Shown: piece after piece, positions 59,707-64,000 of the stretch
Numbering within the stretch: position 1 is the first letter of the stretch
Layout of the letters: each line of letters opens with the position of its first letter
DNA from: Nitrososphaerota archaeon
GTDB taxonomy: Archaea; Thermoproteota; Nitrososphaeria_A; Caldarchaeales; Calditenuaceae
Assembly: GCA_041641295.1 (NCBI GenBank)
Contig: JBEPYO010000001.1
Location: forward strand, 832,001 to 896,000
Direction of reading: 5' to 3'
DNA: 64,000 bases
Notes under the pieces: generated by a model
What the model was told of the DNA's origin: nothing
Database searches by the model: none
What the model saw: the letters and a program-made list of their open reading frames with translations, nothing else
Position numbers and translations under genes: made by a program

Positions 59707-59816
59707 CTGGATCGGCAGGTAGGGACTGGTGTTTTTCTGCATTTGCTATATCAATTTTTCCACCCATTAAAGCCGGGTAGGATTATTTATAGAGGTCTGG
59801 CTGTTCTGAAGGCGGT

Positions 59817-61700
59817 TTGGAGGCCTCTGGAGGGAGATTTAAGCGGGAAATAGGCTGGTTCAGCGCCTTCTCCATGGGCTTCGGCGACGTAGGGGCCGAC
59901 GTATTCATAGCCCTAGGGGTTGTGATGCTCTACGCAGGTGGGGCTGCTTTCATAGCCTTCGCGGTCACGGCCATAGCCTATGTAGCCATCAGCCTCTCAT
60001 ACGCTGAGCTGGCGCCGGCCTACCCCTACGCGGGAGGCGTACAGGTGTACTCCCTCAGGGCCTGGGATACTTTTGGAAGCTTCATCGCAGGCTGGGCAAT
60101 ACTACTTGACTACGTGCTATGCCTCTCACTCTTCGCCACGGCCGCAGCCGGATACTTCAAGTTCCTAATCCCCCAGGTTAAGGATTTAGCCCTGCAGCTG
60201 GGGCCCATAACCATTGGAAGCCTCGGCACTATAGCCGCTGCGATAGTCCTCCTCCTAATCGCGCTAAACTATTTTGGCATCAAGTATTCGGCCGGGGTGG
60301 TTGCAGGGATAGTCGCGTTCGGACTTATCATCCAATCACTCGTGATCATTCTGGGATTCTTGACGGTCTTCGACCCGGCTAGATTCTCCTCCCAGCTCTT
60401 CGTGGTCGGAAACCCCGAGCCCCAAGAGGAGGTATTCTACCCTCCGGGCCTCAGCTTCTCTGAGAGCAACTTCCTATACGGTCTGACGATAGCCATGGCA
60501 TCATACATTGGCGTAGAGTCGATAGCCCAGGCGGCTGAGGAGACGCGGAGGCCGCACCGCTGGATACCTAGGGCTACGATGCTCTGCGCAGTCATGGTTC
60601 CGCTCTTCGTCTTATTGTTCAGCTCAATCGCGTTGGGTGCCACAGACTGGCGGAATATCGCCGCCGCGATCGAGAACCCCATAGCAACCCTAGTGAGCAT
60701 GTATCAGGTATTCGGCGCGGAGTTAGCCATGCTGGTCTCGTTCACGGCGATAATCCTCACTACCGCCTCCTCGAATACCGGGCTTATAGGGGTCACGCGG
60801 CTGGCCGCGAGCATGGGGAAACTCGGGCTCCTACCCCAATGGCTCTACGTAATCCACAGGCGATATGGGACGCCTACGCGAGCTATAATCTTCTTCGGCA
60901 TCATAGGCCTCCTACTAACCCTCCCCGGCGACATACCCTTCCTAGCTAGCCTCTACAACTTCGGCGCCTCCCTCAGCTACATCATGCTCCTCCTCTCACT
61001 GATCATCCTCAGAAACAAAGAGCCACTCGTCTACAGGCCGTGGAAATTGAAACCAACCCTTCGACTAAAGCGCGGAGATAGGGTCTACGAGATACCCCTC
61101 CTCAGCCTCATAGGCCTCATAATAGTCTCAGCAATATTCGCCCTATTCCTCCTCCTACACAGCATAGGACGCATCCTAGGCGTCGTATGGATGGCCGTCG
61201 GTGTAGCGGGCTTCTACATCTATAGAAAGCATTTTCTGAAGCGGCCTGTGAGGAGTGTTGAGGAGCAGGCCCTCGCAGTCCCCGCCGGCTACCTAATGCG
61301 TCTAACAGTTCTAGTGAGGCCGAGGGAAGATCCGAAAACGGTGGAAGAGACTCTACGCCGCTCGCTCGACAAGCGGTTCTCGCTAAAACTGCTCTCGGTA
61401 GTAGACCCGGAAGTAGAGGATGATGTGGAAGAGACGAGGCTTGAGGCTGAGAGGAACTTGGAGGAGGCCCGCAGGATGCTTGCATCTAGCGGCTTTGAGG
61501 TCGAGCACGAGGTGAGGGTGGGTAGCTACGACGAGATAGTGGATTGGGAGGTTGAGAAGGGTGGCTCCGACTTCATAGTCCTGCTGGTCAGGAGGTTTGA
61601 GAAGGCCGTGTTAGAGAAAGAGTCCATGCTAGACTCGAAGGTACACTCAGTCCTAGTGAGGCATCCTGCTAGAGTAATGTTGCTGAGAAAGCCAACCTAG
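59817..61700 (+). CDS. APC family amino-acid permease with C-terminal USP-like domain
   Basis: About 12 TM; YAEL...YP.AGG, G.ESIAQ.AEE and TP.RAI motifs. Confidence 0.88.
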   Translation: MEASGGRFKREIGWFSAFSMGFGDVGADVFIALGVVMLYAGGAAFIAFAVTAIAYVAISLSYAELAPAYPYAGGVQVYSLRAWDTFGSFIAGWAILLDYVLCLSLFATAAAGYFKFLIPQVKDLALQLGPITIGSLGTIAAAIVLLLIALNYFGIKYSAGVVAGIVAFGLIIQSLVIILGFLTVFDPARFSSQLFVVGNPEPQEEVFYPPGLSFSESNFLYGLTIAMASYIGVESIAQAAEETRRPHRWIPRATMLCAVMVPLFVLLFSSIALGATDWRNIAAAIENPIATLVSMYQVFGAELAMLVSFTAIILTTASSNTGLIGVTRLAASMGKLGLLPQWLYVIHRRYGTPTRAIIFFGIIGLLLTLPGDIPFLASLYNFGASLSYIMLLLSLIILRNKEPLVYRPWKLKPTLRLKRGDRVYEIPLLSLIGLIIVSAIFALFLLLHSIGRILGVVWMAVGVAGFYIYRKHFLKRPVRSVEEQALAVPAGYLMRLTVLVRPREDPKTVEETLRRSLDKRFSLKLLSVVDPEVEDDVEETRLEAERNLEEARRMLASSGFEVEHEVRVGSYDEIVDWEVEKGGSDFIVLLVRRFEKAVLEKESMLDSKVHSVLVRHPARVMLLRKPT

Positions 61701-61707
61701 CACACAC

Positions 61708-62004
61708 TTACTCCCAAGTCTCCACGCCGTTCTTCTTATGCGTGTGCAGTATAACAGATGTCACAGAGCTCTTAACACCCTCCACACCGGACAGCACCTT
61801 GGATATGAACTCTCTCAACTCCTCAACACTCGAAACAGCAACCACCACTATAGCGTCATACTCGCCCGTCACCTCATAGACGTCCAGAGTCTGAGGAAGC
61901 TTGGCAAGCCTCTCACAAACACTCTCAAGCTTCCCCGCCTCGACGAAGAGGTGAAGCACCGCCTTAACACTAGCAGACAACTCCATTAACTCGGGCACTC
62001 TCAA
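61708..62004 (-). CDS. Lrp/AsnC ligand-binding domain protein
   Basis: VYEVTGEYD...EGVKSS.T. Confidence 0.85.
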   Translation of the reverse strand: MRVPELMELSASVKAVLHLFVEAGKLESVCERLAKLPQTLDVYEVTGEYDAIVVVAVSSVEELREFISKVLSGVEGVKSSVTSVILHTHKKNGVETWE

Positions 62005-62031
62005 GCTCCCTAATTAATTTGGACCCTTATA

Positions 62032-62138
62032 TGGGGCCGGTGGGACTTGAACCCACGGCTTCCGGGTTTCTTCTGTGCCAGCTACGCTTGTTGATGGGAT
62101 CTGGAGCCCGGCGCCCTACCTTGCTAGGCCACGGCCCC
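62032..62138 (-). tRNA. tRNA-Trp(CCA) with a 33-nt intron at 37/38 (62068-62100)
   Basis: Full cloverleaf after intron removal; CCGGG-CTCCAG|A-CCCGG. Confidence 0.9.
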
Positions 62139-62252
62139 TTCCGCCTCTCTGAGAGGTGGAAAACTACAATTAATCCTTTTCCCGTTTGATCGCTTGGCGG
62201 GAAACGTTAAAGCATGGTCTTGAAGTATTTTACCCGTCTGGTGTGATGCTCT

Positions 62253-63137
62253 GTGAAGCTGGCCAGGTTTAGGATTGGAGAGCTCACGACCTACGGGTTT
62301 GTTGAGGGGGACTACGTGGTTTCTAGAGAGGAGTTGGAGGAGGCTGTGGGCCTCGCACTACCACCCTACTTCTCGGACTTTGTTGAGAGGCTTGTCGTCG
62401 AGCAGGATTTTCGAAAACTGGTGCTGGAGGCCGCTGGGAAGGTTCCGCGCGTCTTGAAGCTCAGCCAAGTCAAACTCCTCGCACCAACCGATAATAAGCC
62501 GAAGATAATCTGCATCGGGCTCAACTATAAGGACCATGCTGAGGAGTCGAAGGCCGAGGTGCCCGAAGAGCCTATAATATTCATGAAACCCCACACGGCC
62601 CTGACTGGGCCATACGACCCTGTCGAGTATCCCTCAATCGTCACGCAGCTCGACTATGAGGCAGAGCTTGCTGTGGTTATTGGGAGGAGGTGTCGGGGCG
62701 TGAAGCCGGGCGAGGCACCAGACTTTATCTGCGGCTACGCTGCCTTCAACGACATATCTGCCAGGAACCTCCAGTTCAAGGACAAGCAGTGGACCCGCGG
62801 AAAATCATTCGACACATTCGCGCCCATGGGCCCGTGGATAGTCACGCGCGACGAGATACCTGACCCTCAGAACCTTAGGATAATGTCCCGCGTCAACGGG
62901 GAGACGAGGCAGGACTCGAATACGAGGAACATGATCTTCGGAGTCTACTATCTGGTCTCGTTCATAAGCATGGTTATGACGCTTGAGCCGGGCGATGTCA
63001 TAGCGACGGGGACTCCTGCAGGCGTCGGGATATTTGCCAAGCCGGAGCCGAAGCTACTCAAGATTAATGACGTGGTCGAGGTGGAGGTTGAAGGCATAGG
63101 AGTGTTAAGAAACACAATTGTTAAGGGCCGTGTATGA
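62253..63137 (+). CDS. Fumarylacetoacetate hydrolase family protein
   Basis: GLNY..H, DYEAEL, NDISAR, GKSFDTF and TGTP.G motifs. Confidence 0.93.
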   Translation: MKLARFRIGELTTYGFVEGDYVVSREELEEAVGLALPPYFSDFVERLVVEQDFRKLVLEAAGKVPRVLKLSQVKLLAPTDNKPKIICIGLNYKDHAEESKAEVPEEPIIFMKPHTALTGPYDPVEYPSIVTQLDYEAELAVVIGRRCRGVKPGEAPDFICGYAAFNDISARNLQFKDKQWTRGKSFDTFAPMGPWIVTRDEIPDPQNLRIMSRVNGETRQDSNTRNMIFGVYYLVSFISMVMTLEPGDVIATGTPAGVGIFAKPEPKLLKINDVVEVEVEGIGVLRNTIVKGRV

Positions 63138-63278
63138 GCCTGTTTTAGCTTCGTGCATCAAGATTTATGCTATTGAGGCATAAAGCATCTTTTTTGATGC
63201 AACAACACAAGAGTAAGCGGAAAACAAATATGAGAAGCCTTATTATCTCTTAAGCATCATCTAGGGTGTGGTGGGTTA

Positions 63279-64000
63279 TTGGATCAGGTAAAGCTTGGGG
63301 AGCTGGCTGTAAAGTATTCGAGGCTTTATGGAGGTAAGATAGAGGTTCATCCAAAGGTCCCGGTCAGGGGGCTTCAGGACTTCTCGATCTGGTATACACC
63401 AGGTGTTGCTGAGGTTTGCAAGGCTATTGTGAAGAACAGAGACGAGGCCTTCAGCCTGACCAATAGGTGGAACACGATAGCGGTGCTGACCAATGGGACG
63501 CGTGTTCTGGGTCTAGGTAACATTGGACCAGAGGCGGGCCTGCCGGTGATGGAGGGAAAGGCGCTGATCTTCAAGTATCTCGGCGGAGTCGATGCGATCC
63601 CCTTGGCCGTGAGGGCTGAGTCTCCGGAGCAGTTCATACAGGTTGCGAAGGCGTTGGAGCCGTCCTTCGGAGGCCTAAACCTCGAGGACATCCAATCACC
63701 CGACTGCTTCTACATACTTGAGAGACTCATGTCGGATCTGGAGATTCCGGTCTGGCACGACGATCAGTTAGGAACGGCCGCTGCGACGCTTGCAGCTCTC
63801 ATCAACGCTCTCAAACTTACGGGCCGCTCACCTAGAGAGTGCAGGGTGGTCCTACTAGGTGCTGGTGCTGCGAACATAGCTACGGCCGTCCTCCTCGAGA
63901 AGTACTGCTTCGACCCTGGTAAGATGATCCTAATCGATAGGAATGGGATACTCCACTCTGAGAGGGAGGATATGGACTCGCTGATGCTGAAGAATCGCTG
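63279..64000 (+). CDS. NAD(P)-dependent malic enzyme (partial, runs off the window)
   Basis: [33 protein letters not shown] and GAGAA motifs. Confidence 0.92.
   Translation, partial: MDQVKLGELAVKYSRLYGGKIEVHPKVPVRGLQDFSIWYTPGVAEVCKAIVKNRDEAFSLTNRWNTIAVLTNGTRVLGLGNIGPEAGLPVMEGKALIFKYLGGVDAIPLAVRAESPEQFIQVAKALEPSFGGLNLEDIQSPDCFYILERLMSDLEIPVWHDDQLGTAAATLAALINALKLTGRSPRECRVVLLGAGAANIATAVLLEKYCFDPGKMILIDRNGILHSEREDMDSLMLKNR

Overview
Archaeal chromosomal window. GC-rich coding DNA, PolD small subunit next to cdc6, crenarchaeal-style archaellum genes and intron-containing tRNAs suggest a thermophilic TACK archaeon, probably Aigarchaeota/Nitrososphaeria-like (inference). Main blocks: (1) housekeeping and metabolic genes; (2) an AT-richer type I-A CRISPR-Cas locus (10.3-27.5 kb) with arrays of 29 and 68+1 repeats and a cas1 carrying an in-frame TAG, lying between the pterin genes mptE and mptA; (3) a ParB / ParA / multi-RHH partition-like cluster; (4) an archaellum motor operon with no archaellin, whose ArlI carries a 376-aa intein ending in Gln-Asp; (5) a probable oriC with cdc6-DP1. 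The most interesting signal is a ~2.2 kb integrase-less element at tRNA-Pro(CGG) (53840-56093). It contains a displaced tRNA 3' half, a decayed sliding-clamp-like gene, a ~780 nt highly structured putative RNA with its own TATA box, and an intact HTH-HTH-LAGLIDADG gene. Decayed paralogues of the clamp-like gene (left, - strand) and the LAGLIDADG gene (right, + strand) also flank the whole CRISPR-Cas locus, suggesting one mobile-element family. All calls come from reading motifs by eye; no database searches or folding programs were run.
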